Shown: positions 1 through 10,293 of the stretch, in pieces
How positions within the stretch are numbered: position 1 is the first letter of the stretch
How the letters are laid out: each line of letters opens with the position of its first letter
Source: Gammaproteobacteria bacterium
GTDB lineage: Bacteria; Pseudomonadota; Gammaproteobacteria; CBDBNL01; JAAOII01
Length of the DNA stretch: 64,000 nt
NCBI GenBank assembly: GCA_965209035.1
Contig: OZ242372.1
Coordinates: 128,001 to 192,000, forward strand
Direction of reading: 5' to 3'
Program-made: the position numbers and the translations under genes
The notes under the pieces: generated by a model
Told to the model about the DNA's origin: nothing
The model's input: the letters and a program-made list of their open reading frames with translations, nothing else
The model's database searches: none

Positions 1-216
1 CAATAGCACCGGCACAGGTCTCAAGATGAGCGCGGCAAAGATAACGCTGCCGCCGGATAAAATCACGAATAACAGAACAAACAAGCACAAGTTTTGCAAC
101 CGAATGGCGCGCCATATGTCGCCGCCGGCGGTTCGCCCGGGCCTATCCGCAGCATGATTTAACCGCCGCAAGCCAAAACCGCGCATTAACAGATGTGTTT
201 TTATTAAACCTTTCAA
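1..216 (-). CDS. VirB8/TrbF-like T4SS inner-membrane protein, 5' part (runs off the window)
   Basis: Not in the ORF track. Open frame from TTG216 (or ATG186): MKGLIK...WRAIRLQNLCLFVLLFVILSGGSVIFAALILRPVPVLL, one TM helix then PVPVLL. Directly follows the virB6-like gene. Confidence 0.5.
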   Translation of the reverse strand, partial: MKGLIKTHLLMRGFGLRRLNHAADRPGRTAGGDIWRAIRLQNLCLFVLLFVILSGGSVIFAALILRPVPVLL

Positions 217-222
217 TGTTAT

Positions 223-1665
223 TTACTTCGGTATTTTTTCCTCTCGGGCAACACGGGCAGCGGTACGGACATTGCCCGGCAGTTCACTGCGATCTAACTT
301 CCCTTCGTGTGTAATAACTGTTGTTAACATCGGCGGTTTACGGGGCCGCCCACCGGTGGCGGAGCCACCCTTTTCCGATTTCTCTTGCCCGGTTTTTGGC
401 TTTTTATTCGCCGGCTTGCTACCCGCCGATTTGCTACCCGCCGATTTGCCGCCCGCCGACTTGCCGCCTCGCGACTTGCTGCCCGCCGACTTGGAAGAGG
501 ACCGCGGCAATTCTCTTTTTTTTGATGCCCCCGCTTCGCCGGGTAGCCGGCCGGACGGCAGCGGCACGGAAGGAGATGCGACACGCACACCCCCGGTCGC
601 GGCAGTTGTCATCATCCGGGTCATCGCAGCCGCCGGCAATGCCAAAGCGGTTGCCATGCCTGCAATATTTCCCGGCGACATCAGGTATGTCTTTACGATC
701 CATATGCTCGCCAACAAAGATAACCCGATCAGAATATTAACTGTGGTGATCATCACATAAAAAACGGAAACGGCAAAGGCGGGTAACCTTTCATCGGTTC
801 CTATTGCGAATCTGAGGGCACTGATACCCAAATCGCCGATTGCCGCAACCATCACTCCTTCGGTCATTGCCCACAGAAAAATAAAAGTGGTGATCATAAA
901 CCAATTCTTTGGAAGACTGCTATTCTTAAGAATTAAGAGTGGCAACAGAAACATTCCCAAAACATAATTAAGGACATACAAGAGGTTACGCGCATAGTTC
1001 AACAGACCATGCAAAACCATCACACCCCATTTGGAAGTCCAGGCAAGAACATATTGCGTGTATAAAGACACGGTCCTGTCCGCCAAACGCCAAATGATGT
1101 TGGTGCCGGATTTTTTGCTTTCAAATTCTTCGGTGACACTTTCCACCTGCCGCATCACACCCTCAAAAGTATAGCCGTTTGGCAAGACAGCATAAATGAC
1201 ACCGTTGGAAAACAAAGTAACCTGATGTAACAGAAACCGGTATAACGCCAGCAGCAGAACCACCAAGCCGGTCACATAAAAAATGTTCAAAACAGCCCGG
1301 GCATCCGAGGACGGTGACTGTATTTCTTGAAACAGCCTGGAACCGGCACAAATAATGATCATCGGTCCCAGTAAGGGACCCAAGAGAATGTCCGCCTTTT
1401 GCATCAGATGCTCAAAGACTGTCGTATTGTCTCTTAACCCAAGATAAAAGCGCAGCAACATCTGTCCGAGCGATAATTTGTCAAACGACTCGACGAATGT
1501 TTCCAATTTTTCATCCGGCAGGTTGTTTGCTATGTCTGCCGGCACGCCGATATCCGTGATACCCTCGGCATGTGCGGCATGCGCAGCGAGGGCCAAAAAA
1601 GAAAGAAGCAGACCGGGAATGCATAACCTCCCGTAACGAAAAAGAACAGATACCTCCGCAAGCAT
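223..1665 (-). CDS. VirB6/TrbL-like polytopic T4SS membrane protein with a Lys/Ser/Gly-rich C-terminal tail
   Basis: Several TM segments, position after the virB5-like gene, low-complexity C-terminal tail typical of TrbL/VirB6. Confidence 0.6.
   Translation of the reverse strand: MLAEVSVLFRYGRLCIPGLLLSFLALAAHAAHAEGITDIGVPADIANNLPDEKLETFVESFDKLSLGQMLLRFYLGLRDNTTVFEHLMQKADILLGPLLGPMIIICAGSRLFQEIQSPSSDARAVLNIFYVTGLVVLLLALYRFLLHQVTLFSNGVIYAVLPNGYTFEGVMRQVESVTEEFESKKSGTNIIWRLADRTVSLYTQYVLAWTSKWGVMVLHGLLNYARNLLYVLNYVLGMFLLPLLILKNSSLPKNWFMITTFIFLWAMTEGVMVAAIGDLGISALRFAIGTDERLPAFAVSVFYVMITTVNILIGLSLLASIWIVKTYLMSPGNIAGMATALALPAAAMTRMMTTAATGGVRVASPSVPLPSGRLPGEAGASKKRELPRSSSKSAGSKSRGGKSAGGKSAGSKSAGSKPANKKPKTGQEKSEKGGSATGGRPRKPPMLTTVITHEGKLDRSELPGNVRTAARVAREEKIPK
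405..495. repeat. 15-bp in-frame tandem repeat (SKSAG/GKSAG-like, about 5 units) in the VirB6-like tail
   Basis: gcccgccga(c/t)ttgc(t/c) units visible at about 410-492. Confidence 0.85.
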
Positions 1666-1698
1666 TTTTTGCTGTGTGATTGCTTCTTTAATAACGCA

Positions 1699-2340
1699 TC
1701 ATTGCTCGTCGTTAAAAACCGAATACATGCCCAGCACTTGTTGGCGATGGCTCAACGCGCGCAATCGGTAACGGGTTTCATCCCGCACAGTATGCGCGTT
1801 CATGTCCGCCATGGTTCTGTATATTCCGGCAAGAAGTTGCCCTTCCGCGCTGGCGTCTTGTTTGTATGCCATTTCTTTTTCGGTTGCGCCCGCCGTCCCA
1901 ACCAGCCACTCGGTTTCGGCAATCATATCGAGCGTGTCGGCAATACCCAGAAGAACTTCCCGCGTGTTGCCTTGCGTCGCCTTGTTGGCAAGATCGCGTA
2001 TCGCTTTGGCGTCGCGATAGATCGCGCCCAGTTTCAGCGGATCCGACCCGACCGACCGTGCGGTTTCCTCCAGTTTGTCGGCGGAACTCACTAGTTTCCG
2101 AATCTCACCGGCATATACATTGCTTTTGCGAAAAAATGCCCGTTCTTGAGTCTCCGCCAACCTTTGTTGCAAGTTAATGTAGTCTTCCGTTCGCTCAATC
2201 AATGTTGTCATCTGCGTGATAATCTCGGTTAGTTTGGCGATTTCTATGGAATCCGCCGCACCGAAGGCGTCGGCACGCACCTGGGCGGATAACAGCCCGG
2301 TTATCAAGAACAATAAAATATAACGGCGTGCTTGGTTCAT
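1699..2340 (-). CDS. VirB5/TrbJ-like secreted helical T4SS protein
   Basis: Signal peptide (…AQVRA-DA), helical/coiled-coil body, located between virB4-like and virB6-like genes. Confidence 0.55.
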   Translation of the reverse strand: MNQARRYILLFLITGLLSAQVRADAFGAADSIEIAKLTEIITQMTTLIERTEDYINLQQRLAETQERAFFRKSNVYAGEIRKLVSSADKLEETARSVGSDPLKLGAIYRDAKAIRDLANKATQGNTREVLLGIADTLDMIAETEWLVGTAGATEKEMAYKQDASAEGQLLAGIYRTMADMNAHTVRDETRYRLRALSHRQQVLGMYSVFNDEQ

Positions 2341-2353
2341 CTTTTAAAGATAA

Positions 2354-4702
2354 TCAAAGATAATGCCGTAAAAGTTCCCGATAGGCATCTTGCATATCCG
2401 GATATTTTTTCATCAGGGTTTCTTTTAATTCCAAGGATTCGGCACGCGTATCCCCGATGGCTAAAAATTCCGGCGGGTAAGTCAAAAAGACATCGTGCCA
2501 TTTGCCACCAAACCCCACCATGGCCGGGCGGTGATCCGGATAGGTTTGACGATAACCGCGCCAGGTCTTATAGGCCTGTTCGTTGAGATCCGAAAAATGC
2601 TCCTTAATGCGGGAATGTCGCCCTTCCGTGTAAAGAAGATTGGTGATGTACATTTGATTGACAAGGGCCGGATCCAAGCGCGCGATGTCGTCAATCTCTT
2701 GGGTGATCAAACTGATGTAGCCACTTTCCTTGCGTCCCATCCGCGCTATCTGAACGCACAGGGTGCGGATGGTTTCTTTGTCGGCGCGAATAAACTCGTG
2801 TAACTCGTCTATGACGATAAAAGTGGGGGTGCGCCGAAAAAGTGCTTTTTGACCGTAACGCAAACTTAAAAAAGTCAGGTAGGTGATGAGGAGTTGCGGC
2901 TCGTCCTTCAGTTTTTTAAAGTCCGCGCCAAACAACGGCACATTGAGGCTCATATTATCTTCTTCCTTAAAGCGTTCGCCTATGATCGTATCCAAAAAAC
3001 TGCCGACATTCAAAATCAAATTGTCGCGCGCGTATTTTTGTTTTTCGTTTAGGCTTTTTTCCTCCAATTCCCCGAGTCCCATATGAAAATGCGCCAAAGT
3101 CGGCGCCTTATGCACCGAGTGTTTCTTTACAAACTGTTCGTTATAGATATTCCGAATCGCCATTTCGCATACCGCCACCTCATGCACGCTCATTTCCGGT
3201 TTGCCGTCTGTGAGAATGCGGACCAGAGAGCGCACCGTCGGCGACACCAATGCCGAAGACATCTTTGCGCCGACATCGGCACACAACGGAAACGGGTTAA
3301 TGACGCTCGTATCCGGATCTATGGCAACATAGTCGCCGCCCAACATCTTAAAAAGAAACTCATAGGTATTGCCGATTTCAATCGTATAAAAGTCATAGCC
3401 GAGACCGAACAATTGCAGTATTCTGGCACAATTCATCACTCCCTTGCCGCTGCCGGTTTTGGCGATGGTCAGCGAATGATAAAATTCGCCGCCGCTTTTA
3501 TTGGTGTAATCAAAACCGACAAATGTGAAGTTGGTGCTGACAAATGCTTCCTGATGTCCGGTTCCCTGTCCGAAACACACCGCGGGCAGGAGGCTCATGA
3601 TCATTTCGGTATGATCTTGACGCATGAACTTGCCGGCATACATATTGGTCGGTAACGAATAAATGATGGCATGCTCCGTCAAATACTCGGACTCCAAGAC
3701 AGCCCCAAGCACCGCAAGTTGCTCGGACAAAGATGCCGCTTGTTCTTCTATTTCTTCCTCTGATCCGTAAAGTTTGCAGTAAAACGCATTGGTAAAGATT
3801 TGCAAGCCGTTTTCCACCACATAACGCCGCCAGGCGGAGATGTCTTCCAAACGCTTCTCGGCTTCCACATCCGCCTGCGCGATCTGTCGTTCTTGACGAA
3901 TTTCCTCGCCGCCGCTTTTACGCAGAAAATGCGCATGATCACAACGCCTCAGATAAAACGCAATATCCAACTCCACAGGCAAACACGCCACCAGATCGGT
4001 TAAGAGACGCACATTGGGTTCGGGATAAAAATACATCAAAAAAGGTTTAATCATCACCGAGTTCATACGGTAAAGCCCCCCTCTTTTTTCCCCGGTCGGT
4101 GTCAGAATGTCTCGTAACATATAACCCGATTCCGGTAATTTTTTACAGGGGTGGTAATGCGAAGATTCGTATAAGAAGCGTATTCCTTCTTCGGTACTCA
4201 GAAATCGCAGATCGCGAAAACCGCGCAATCCTTTTTGGCAATATTCTTCAAGTTTTGTGCAATTTTGTATTGCCTCTTCCAAAATCCGTTCGGGACCATC
4301 GGCAACGAACAAATTTAACAGATTGCGGGCAAGTGTCCCAGGTCTGTGCCACTGAATCACAACAAATATCCGATTAAGGTAAAAATAGTCGGCAAGATGT
4401 TTCATATAGGTCTTCCTTAAAGAACTCAAAACAACGGATTCTCTTTTCAGTGGCTGATTGCCAAACATTGCCGCATTCCGTTTGTCCCGTCTGCGTCTGA
4501 TATGAAACTCCAACGAAACTTCAAAGGGGGCGGTATCAATGAGAGCGCGCAAGCCATTCAAGTAAGTGCCGGCCGTCTCTTCGGATGCCATGTAGATATC
4601 GTAGCCTTCTATTTCGGCGATTACGCTTAGGGTCCCGTCCGTGTGAAGAAAGTAACGCTCGCCCAGGGGGCGCCAACCTTTCAGTGCATGTTCAAGTCGC
4701 AA
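2354..4702 (-). CDS. virB4: VirB4-family type IV secretion ATPase
   Basis: 782 aa; Walker A AKTGSGKG; INPF motif; Walker B IVIDELHE; RMGRK..LITQ motif. Confidence 0.85.
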   Translation of the reverse strand: MRLEHALKGWRPLGERYFLHTDGTLSVIAEIEGYDIYMASEETAGTYLNGLRALIDTAPFEVSLEFHIRRRRDKRNAAMFGNQPLKRESVVLSSLRKTYMKHLADYFYLNRIFVVIQWHRPGTLARNLLNLFVADGPERILEEAIQNCTKLEEYCQKGLRGFRDLRFLSTEEGIRFLYESSHYHPCKKLPESGYMLRDILTPTGEKRGGLYRMNSVMIKPFLMYFYPEPNVRLLTDLVACLPVELDIAFYLRRCDHAHFLRKSGGEEIRQERQIAQADVEAEKRLEDISAWRRYVVENGLQIFTNAFYCKLYGSEEEIEEQAASLSEQLAVLGAVLESEYLTEHAIIYSLPTNMYAGKFMRQDHTEMIMSLLPAVCFGQGTGHQEAFVSTNFTFVGFDYTNKSGGEFYHSLTIAKTGSGKGVMNCARILQLFGLGYDFYTIEIGNTYEFLFKMLGGDYVAIDPDTSVINPFPLCADVGAKMSSALVSPTVRSLVRILTDGKPEMSVHEVAVCEMAIRNIYNEQFVKKHSVHKAPTLAHFHMGLGELEEKSLNEKQKYARDNLILNVGSFLDTIIGERFKEEDNMSLNVPLFGADFKKLKDEPQLLITYLTFLSLRYGQKALFRRTPTFIVIDELHEFIRADKETIRTLCVQIARMGRKESGYISLITQEIDDIARLDPALVNQMYITNLLYTEGRHSRIKEHFSDLNEQAYKTWRGYRQTYPDHRPAMVGFGGKWHDVFLTYPPEFLAIGDTRAESLELKETLMKKYPDMQDAYRELLRHYL

Positions 4703-4712
4703 TAGGGCCTCT

Positions 4713-4982
4713 TCATTCGTATATCCGTCCGGCTCGTCGCAGGATCCTAGCCCTATTGATTGCCGGCAAGATCACCGCTCGTTGTCCGATCTTCATTATT
4801 TGATATATTTTTGTCACAATCAAGATCAAACTAAAAACGATGAACGGACGCAAAATATTCACATCCTTCACCGGCAATAATAAGACGACAACCAAAAGAA
4901 ACGCGGTCGCTGCGAGGGTCACTGCCGGCAATGGGATACCAAAAAGATATCTTGGTAATAGCCTCCCGTTATATGCCGCCAT
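4713..4982 (-). CDS. VirB3-like small 2-TM protein
   Basis: From ATG4982: MAAYNGRLLPRYLFGIPLP…, resembling the VirB3 'P.L.G.P' motif, then two TM helices; immediately upstream of virB4. Confidence 0.6.
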   Translation of the reverse strand: MAAYNGRLLPRYLFGIPLPAVTLAATAFLLVVVLLLPVKDVNILRPFIVFSLILIVTKIYQIMKIGQRAVILPAINRARILRRAGRIYE

Positions 4983-4993
4983 TTGTCGCCCTT

Positions 4994-5314
4994 TTAGCCG
5001 ACAAAGCCGGCAAACAATGCCGGTAATGTCGTTATCATCAGTAGTACCAATGCCGCTGCGCCCAACTTGAACGCTCGGCCTTTTATGTCCTCGGCATCCT
5101 TCCCGACCATCAAATCCTTGGCAAATAAAACGGCAAAAAGTGCCCATATCCCCCAGAGAAAAGAAGTCAAGAAGTTAAGTGCTCCGCTCATAAAACGCCC
5201 AAGCGTTTGAGTCGCGTCGCCTCCGCTTTGTAAGTATTCCGGTAAGGTACCTACCGCGAGAACGATTGTCTCGTAGGGCATCACACCGATAATACCAATA
5301 AGAATAATAAACAT
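4994..5314 (-). CDS. VirB2/TrbC-like pilin
   Basis: 106 aa; leader plus two hydrophobic helices separated by a short charged loop; first gene of the cluster. Confidence 0.6.
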   Translation of the reverse strand: MFIILIGIIGVMPYETIVLAVGTLPEYLQSGGDATQTLGRFMSGALNFLTSFLWGIWALFAVLFAKDLMVGKDAEDIKGRAFKLGAAALVLLMITTLPALFAGFVG

Positions 5315-5507
5315 AGCCTTTATTTCCGCTTACTCCTAAAGTTATCACAAAAGTAATCTTCCGTAGAAAACTACTTTGGTGTTATTATAGAAATAAAAAC
5401 CAAAAATAACACAAAAAAATCGGTTTTTTTTCGTTTTTTAAAAATTCCCGGAAATGAGGCACCGGCGGAAGGACAAGATAAAGACTGCATAAGCGGCACC
5501 CACCCAC

Positions 5508-6206
5508 TTATAACAGGCCCTCTTCACTGAACGACAAGGTTTTGCTGCCGCCAATGATGAAGTGATCCAACAACCGTATATCCACCAATTCACAAGCATC
5601 TTTTACCCGCCTTGTGATGCGTTTGTCCGCCTCGCTTGGTTCCGTGAAGCCGGAAGGATGATTATGGGCGATGACAATGGCAGCCGCATTAACCTTAAGG
5701 GCATAACGAATAATCTCGCGCGGATAGACACGCGCGGAATCAATAGTCCCTTGGAACATCTCACGGAACTCCAATATGCGATGCTTGTTATCCATGAAAA
5801 TGCAAGCAAAAACCTCATTGCCTCTGCTGCCAAGGACATGCGACAAGTATTCGCGCATGCGTTTAACGGAGGTAATGGGGTCGGTTTCGCGGCGTAAAAT
5901 GTCTTCCAAGTAGCGGCGCGCCAATTCTATGATGGCGCGAAACTGCACATACTTGGCTTCGCCCAGCCCTTTTTCTTGACAAAACTCTTTCTTGCTGCTT
6001 TCCAACAACCATTTGAGTCCGCGCTTGTCTATGAGTTCTTCCGCCAATGCCATCACGCCCTTGCCGGTATAGCCGACACGCAGAAAGATTGCGAGAAGTT
6101 CTTTGTCGCTCAGATGACGGGCACCATACCGCAAGAGTTTTTCTCGCGGTCTGTCTTCGCCGGGGCGCCAATGGTTATTCTGAGGTGCTCTGCCGTCGGT
6201 GGACAT
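5508..6206 (-). CDS. radC: RadC (JAB-domain) family protein, full-length chromosomal type
   Basis: RPREKLL…LSDKELLAIFLR N-terminus; HNHPSG…SEAD…LLDH JAB motif. Confidence 0.95.
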   Translation of the reverse strand: MSTDGRAPQNNHWRPGEDRPREKLLRYGARHLSDKELLAIFLRVGYTGKGVMALAEELIDKRGLKWLLESSKKEFCQEKGLGEAKYVQFRAIIELARRYLEDILRRETDPITSVKRMREYLSHVLGSRGNEVFACIFMDNKHRILEFREMFQGTIDSARVYPREIIRYALKVNAAAIVIAHNHPSGFTEPSEADKRITRRVKDACELVDIRLLDHFIIGGSKTLSFSEEGLL

Positions 6207-7774
6207 CCGGACGTGCCTGCTCTATGAGTTTTCCGGCATAGTCTGGGACGTCGTTTTTTAGCCTCTCGCCGCCTATCATTCTGCCTCTTTTAATTTTTCT
6301 TTCCATAGTGGATGGTATTTTGTTGAAAGCATTTTATTTTTTTAATGAAACTCCTTGTCAATTGTTTTAGTTTTTGTAACCGCCGTAACCGTATAGCACG
6401 CATCCGCATGCACCGCAATCCGCGGGTGATGCGTAATACAAATAACTTGCGTGTTGCCGCCCAAGAGCGCAAGAGTTTTTCTCGCGGTTGCCTTCGCCGG
6501 GGCGCCAATGGTTATTCTGAGGTGCTCTGCCGTCAGTGGACATCCGGACGTGCCTGCTCTATGAGTTTGCCGGCATAGTCCGGGACGTCGTTTTTTAGCC
6601 TCTCGCCGCCTATCATTCTGCCTCTTTTAATTTTTCTTTCCATAGTTGATGGTATTTTGTTGAAAGTATTTTAATGGAACTCCTTGTCAATTGTTTTAGT
6701 TTTTGTAACCGCCGTAACCGTATAGCACGCATCCGCATGCACCGCAATCCGCGGGTGATGCGTAATACAAATAACTTGCGTGTTGCCGCCCAAGAGCGCA
6801 AGAGTTTTTCTCGCGGTTGCCTTCGCCGGGGCGCCAAGGGTTATTTTGAGATACTCCTCTGCCGTCAGTGGACATCCGGACGTGCCTGCTCTGTGAGTTT
6901 GCCGGCATAGTCCGGCACGTCGTTTTTTAGCCTCTCGCCGCCTATCATTCTGCCTCTTTTAATTTTTCTTTCCATAGTTGATGGTATTTTGTTGAAAGCA
7001 TTTTAATGGAACTCCTTGTCAATTGTTTTAGTTTTTGTAACCGCCGTAACCGTATAGCGCGCATCCGCAGGTGCCATAATCCGCGGGTGATGCGTAATAC
7101 AAATGACTTGCGTGTTGCCGCCCAAGAGCGCAAGAGTTTTTCTCGCGGTTGCCTTCGCCGGGGCGCCAAGGGTTATTTTGAGATACTCCTCTGCCGTCAG
7201 TGGACATCCGGACGTGCCTGCTCTATGAGTTTGCCGGCATAGTCCGGCACGTCGTTTTTTAGCCTCTCGCCGCCTATCATTCTGCCTCTTTTAATTTTTC
7301 TTTCCATAGTTGATGGTATTTTGTTGAAAGCATTTTAATGGAACTCCTTGTCAATTGTTTTAGTTTTTGTAACCGCCGTAACCGTATAGCGCGCATCCGC
7401 AGGTGCCATAATCCGCGGGTGATGCGTAATACAAATAACTTGCGTGTTGCCGCCCAAGAGCGCAAGAGTTTTTCTCGCGGTTGCCTTCGCCGGGGCGCCA
7501 AGGGTTATTTTGAGATACTCCTCTGCCGTCAGTGGACATCCGGACGTGCCTGCTCTATGAGTTTGCCGGCATAGTCAAGCACGTCGTTTTTTAGCCTCTC
7601 GCCGCCTATCATTCTGCCAATTTCAGTTTTTCTTTCCATAGTTGAAAGTATTTTAATGGAACTCGTTGTTAAATTTTCTTTTTTGGTTTTTGTAACCGCA
7701 TAGTGCGCATCCGCATGCACCGCAATCTGCGGATGATGCGTAATACAAATGACTTGCGTGTTGCCGCCCAAGAG
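6130..7774. repeat. Tandem array of 5 units (~338, 329, 332, 332, 314 bp), each = radC 5' end + recN 3' end
   Basis: Unit starts cgcaagagttttt at 6130, 6468, 6797, 7129, 7461. The first unit holds the real radC start and the last holds the real recN end. Confidence 0.95.
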
Positions 7775-9193
7775 TGCCAGCATCTTGCCAACAACCGATG
7801 CCACACCGCTGCTGATTCCGCTGTCCACCTCGTCAAACACCAGGCACGGAATGGCGGAGTTGCGCGCCGCCACCAGGTTCACCGCCAATGCAATGCGGGA
7901 CAATTCGCCGCCGGAAGCAATGCGTCGCATCGGCAACAGCAGGGATTCCGGCCCTGTGGCAAGCATAAATTCTATCACGCCGTCCCCGTTTTCGGTCAGT
8001 CTTTCCAGCCGTGAGAATTGAGTGGCAAACTTACATTCCATGTCCAGTTCGCGCAGTTTGGCTGCCACTTCTTGGTCAAAGCGGGCCGCCGCCAATCTGC
8101 GTTTCTCGGTCAGGCTGTGCGCCAGTTCGCGGCATTTCTCCTCCGTTTCTTTTTCCATACGCGTCAAGTTGCCTATCTTTTCTTCATTGCTGTCCAGTTC
8201 TTCCAATTCTTTCTGTTTGCTTAATTTAAGAGATTCCAAGTTACCCGGCTCCGTCCGATGTTTGCGCGCCAACCGGTGAATTGCACTCATCTTGGCGTCC
8301 AGGCCCGCAAAATCAAGTGTCTCGCTGTTGGCTTTGTCCGCGTAAGATTGTAATTCCGCACGCAAGTTTTCCAACAGTTTGCGGCCACTTTCCGGTTGGC
8401 TCGCCAGTTCACTTAAAAATTTGTCGTTTGCCTGTTGCAATTTACTTTGTAATTCGTTAAGTTGTTGGGTTAAACCGGAACTGTCTTGGTTGTCCAGTAT
8501 TTGCATACAGTCTTCCAGGGACTGGTTGAGAATCTCGCTATTATTGCTCAAGCGATGCTGTTCTTCCAGTTCCGTATAGTCCTTTTGCGACAAAGCGATT
8601 TCTTCCAACTCCGCCAGTTCGTGTCTGAGGAGGCTGAGCATGCGCTCGTCCGTTTGGCCTGTTTGCCGTCTTGTCGTGAGTTCGCGCCGCAATTCCAGCA
8701 GTTTTTCATACACGGCGCGGTATGCCGCAGATTCTTTGCCGGTTCCGCCGAAATCGTCAATGAACCGGATGTGCGTGTGCCGTTGCATCAGAAGTTGGTG
8801 GGCATGCTGTCCTTGCAAACTAATCAGTAAGCTTGCCACTTCTTTCATATCTTGCAAGGTAGCGGGCACTCCGTTAATAAAAGACTTTGAACCGCTGCCG
8901 CTTAAACTTCTGCGCAAAATGCATTCGTTATCCTGAAACAGGTCGCGTTTTTCCAGCCAAGCGCGAACTTGAGGTAACTTTTCCGTTTCAAAAATGGCGC
9001 TAATTTCGGCGCGAACTTTTTGGTTGCGGATCAGAGAGGGGCTGCCGCGTTCGCCGAGTGTCAAACCAAGTGCGTTCAAAATGATAGACTTGCCGGCACC
9101 CGTTTCGCCCGTAATCACATTCATTGCGGGATGAAACTCCAGTTCCAGTTTGTCAACCAGAACAAAATTACCGACCGAGAGTTGGGTTAGCAT
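7529..9193 (-). CDS. recN: DNA repair protein RecN
   Basis: ITGETGAGKS Walker A; ASGGELSR signature; LVFDEVD; VICITH. Confidence 0.97.
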   Translation of the reverse strand: MLTQLSVGNFVLVDKLELEFHPAMNVITGETGAGKSIILNALGLTLGERGSPSLIRNQKVRAEISAIFETEKLPQVRAWLEKRDLFQDNECILRRSLSGSGSKSFINGVPATLQDMKEVASLLISLQGQHAHQLLMQRHTHIRFIDDFGGTGKESAAYRAVYEKLLELRRELTTRRQTGQTDERMLSLLRHELAELEEIALSQKDYTELEEQHRLSNNSEILNQSLEDCMQILDNQDSSGLTQQLNELQSKLQQANDKFLSELASQPESGRKLLENLRAELQSYADKANSETLDFAGLDAKMSAIHRLARKHRTEPGNLESLKLSKQKELEELDSNEEKIGNLTRMEKETEEKCRELAHSLTEKRRLAAARFDQEVAAKLRELDMECKFATQFSRLERLTENGDGVIEFMLATGPESLLLPMRRIASGGELSRIALAVNLVAARNSAIPCLVFDEVDSGISSGVASVVGKMLALLGGNTQVICITHHPQIAVHADAHYAVTKTKKENLTTSSIKILSTMERKTEIGRMIGGERLKNDVLDYAGKLIEQARPDVH

Positions 9194-10292
9194 TTTTGTG
9201 TTTCAGATACTCGTCTTTACTAAGGTTTCTGTGCTCCGCTTTGTTGATCTGCCCGAGTCGTTTGAACCAATCGGAGCAATTTTCTTCCGCCAAACTTGCC
9301 ATCATCGCAATATGATTGGGAGTGTCGTTTAAGCAAGGAATGTAATCATAGTGTTGGCCGCCGGCTTTTATAAAGACTTCCCGATTTTCCCGGTCTATTT
9401 CTTCAATCGTTTCCAAACAATCCGAGGAGAAGCCCGGACAAATCACCCGCAGATCTTTGATCCCTTTGGCCGGCAAGGCGGCAAGAGTTTCATCCGTGTA
9501 AGGTTGCAACCAGGGTTGTTTGCCAAAACGGGACTGAAAAGTAACCCTATAATCGCTTTCTCGCAGTTTGAGTTCTGCGGCAACCAGACGGGCGGTTTTG
9601 TGGCAGTGGCAATGATAAGGATCTCCCTGCCCGAGCGAAGCCAGAGGGATACCGTGAAACGAAAACAACAGAAGAGAGTTCTTATCTTTTGGACGGCGAG
9701 ATGCCCGCACGGAATCCGCCAGAACCTTAATGAATTCCGGGTGGTCGTGATAAGAATGGATGAATCTTGTATCGGGTATCCATCGCCATCGCCGCAGTTC
9801 CTCTGTCACAGACTCAAACACAGAACCCACCGTGGCGGAAGCATATTGCGGGTAAAGAGGAAAGATCAGCAAGCGGGTAACGCCTTCTTCTTTCAATTTA
9901 AGTAACGCCTGCGAAATAGCCGGCTTGCCGTAACTCATCCCAAGACCGACGGTGACAAACGGATAATCTTTGATGAGGGTTTGATGCAGTTTATTTTGCT
10001 GGGAGTAACTGAATAACAACAAAGGAGCGCCCTCCTTGCGCCATATTTTGCGATAGTTTGCCGCCGCAACATGCGAACGGCGCGGCAAGATAATTAAGTT
10101 TAAGAGTAGCCATTTCGGCAGTTTGGACATCTCTATGACCCGTCTGTCGCCGAGAAACTGTCGCAAGTAGCGTTTGAGTGCCCCGGGTGCCGGGCTGTCC
10201 GGGCTACCCAAAGCAACCAACAAGATACCCAGTTTTTCGGGCTGTCCGTGACGATAGTGATCCGTACGAACAAGACCTCCGGTCTCACTCAC
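9168..10292 (-). CDS. hemH: Ferrochelatase
   Basis: GILLVALGSP, PLYPQY, FSFHGIP, FQSRFG..WLQP, DCLETIEEI motifs. Start placed at GTG10292, just after the folK stop. Confidence 0.95.
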   Translation of the reverse strand: MSETGGLVRTDHYRHGQPEKLGILLVALGSPDSPAPGALKRYLRQFLGDRRVIEMSKLPKWLLLNLIILPRRSHVAAANYRKIWRKEGAPLLLFSYSQQNKLHQTLIKDYPFVTVGLGMSYGKPAISQALLKLKEEGVTRLLIFPLYPQYASATVGSVFESVTEELRRWRWIPDTRFIHSYHDHPEFIKVLADSVRASRRPKDKNSLLLFSFHGIPLASLGQGDPYHCHCHKTARLVAAELKLRESDYRVTFQSRFGKQPWLQPYTDETLAALPAKGIKDLRVICPGFSSDCLETIEEIDRENREVFIKAGGQHYDYIPCLNDTPNHIAMMASLAEENCSDWFKRLGQINKAEHRNLSKDEYLKHKNANPTLGR

Positions 10293-10293
10293 C

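Noticed and set aside
6130-7774. Possible CRISPR array, or real 72-78-aa genes in the repeat units
   Set aside because: Units are ~330 bp with no unique spacers and derive from recN/radC; the small ORFs are frameshifted or antisense by-products.
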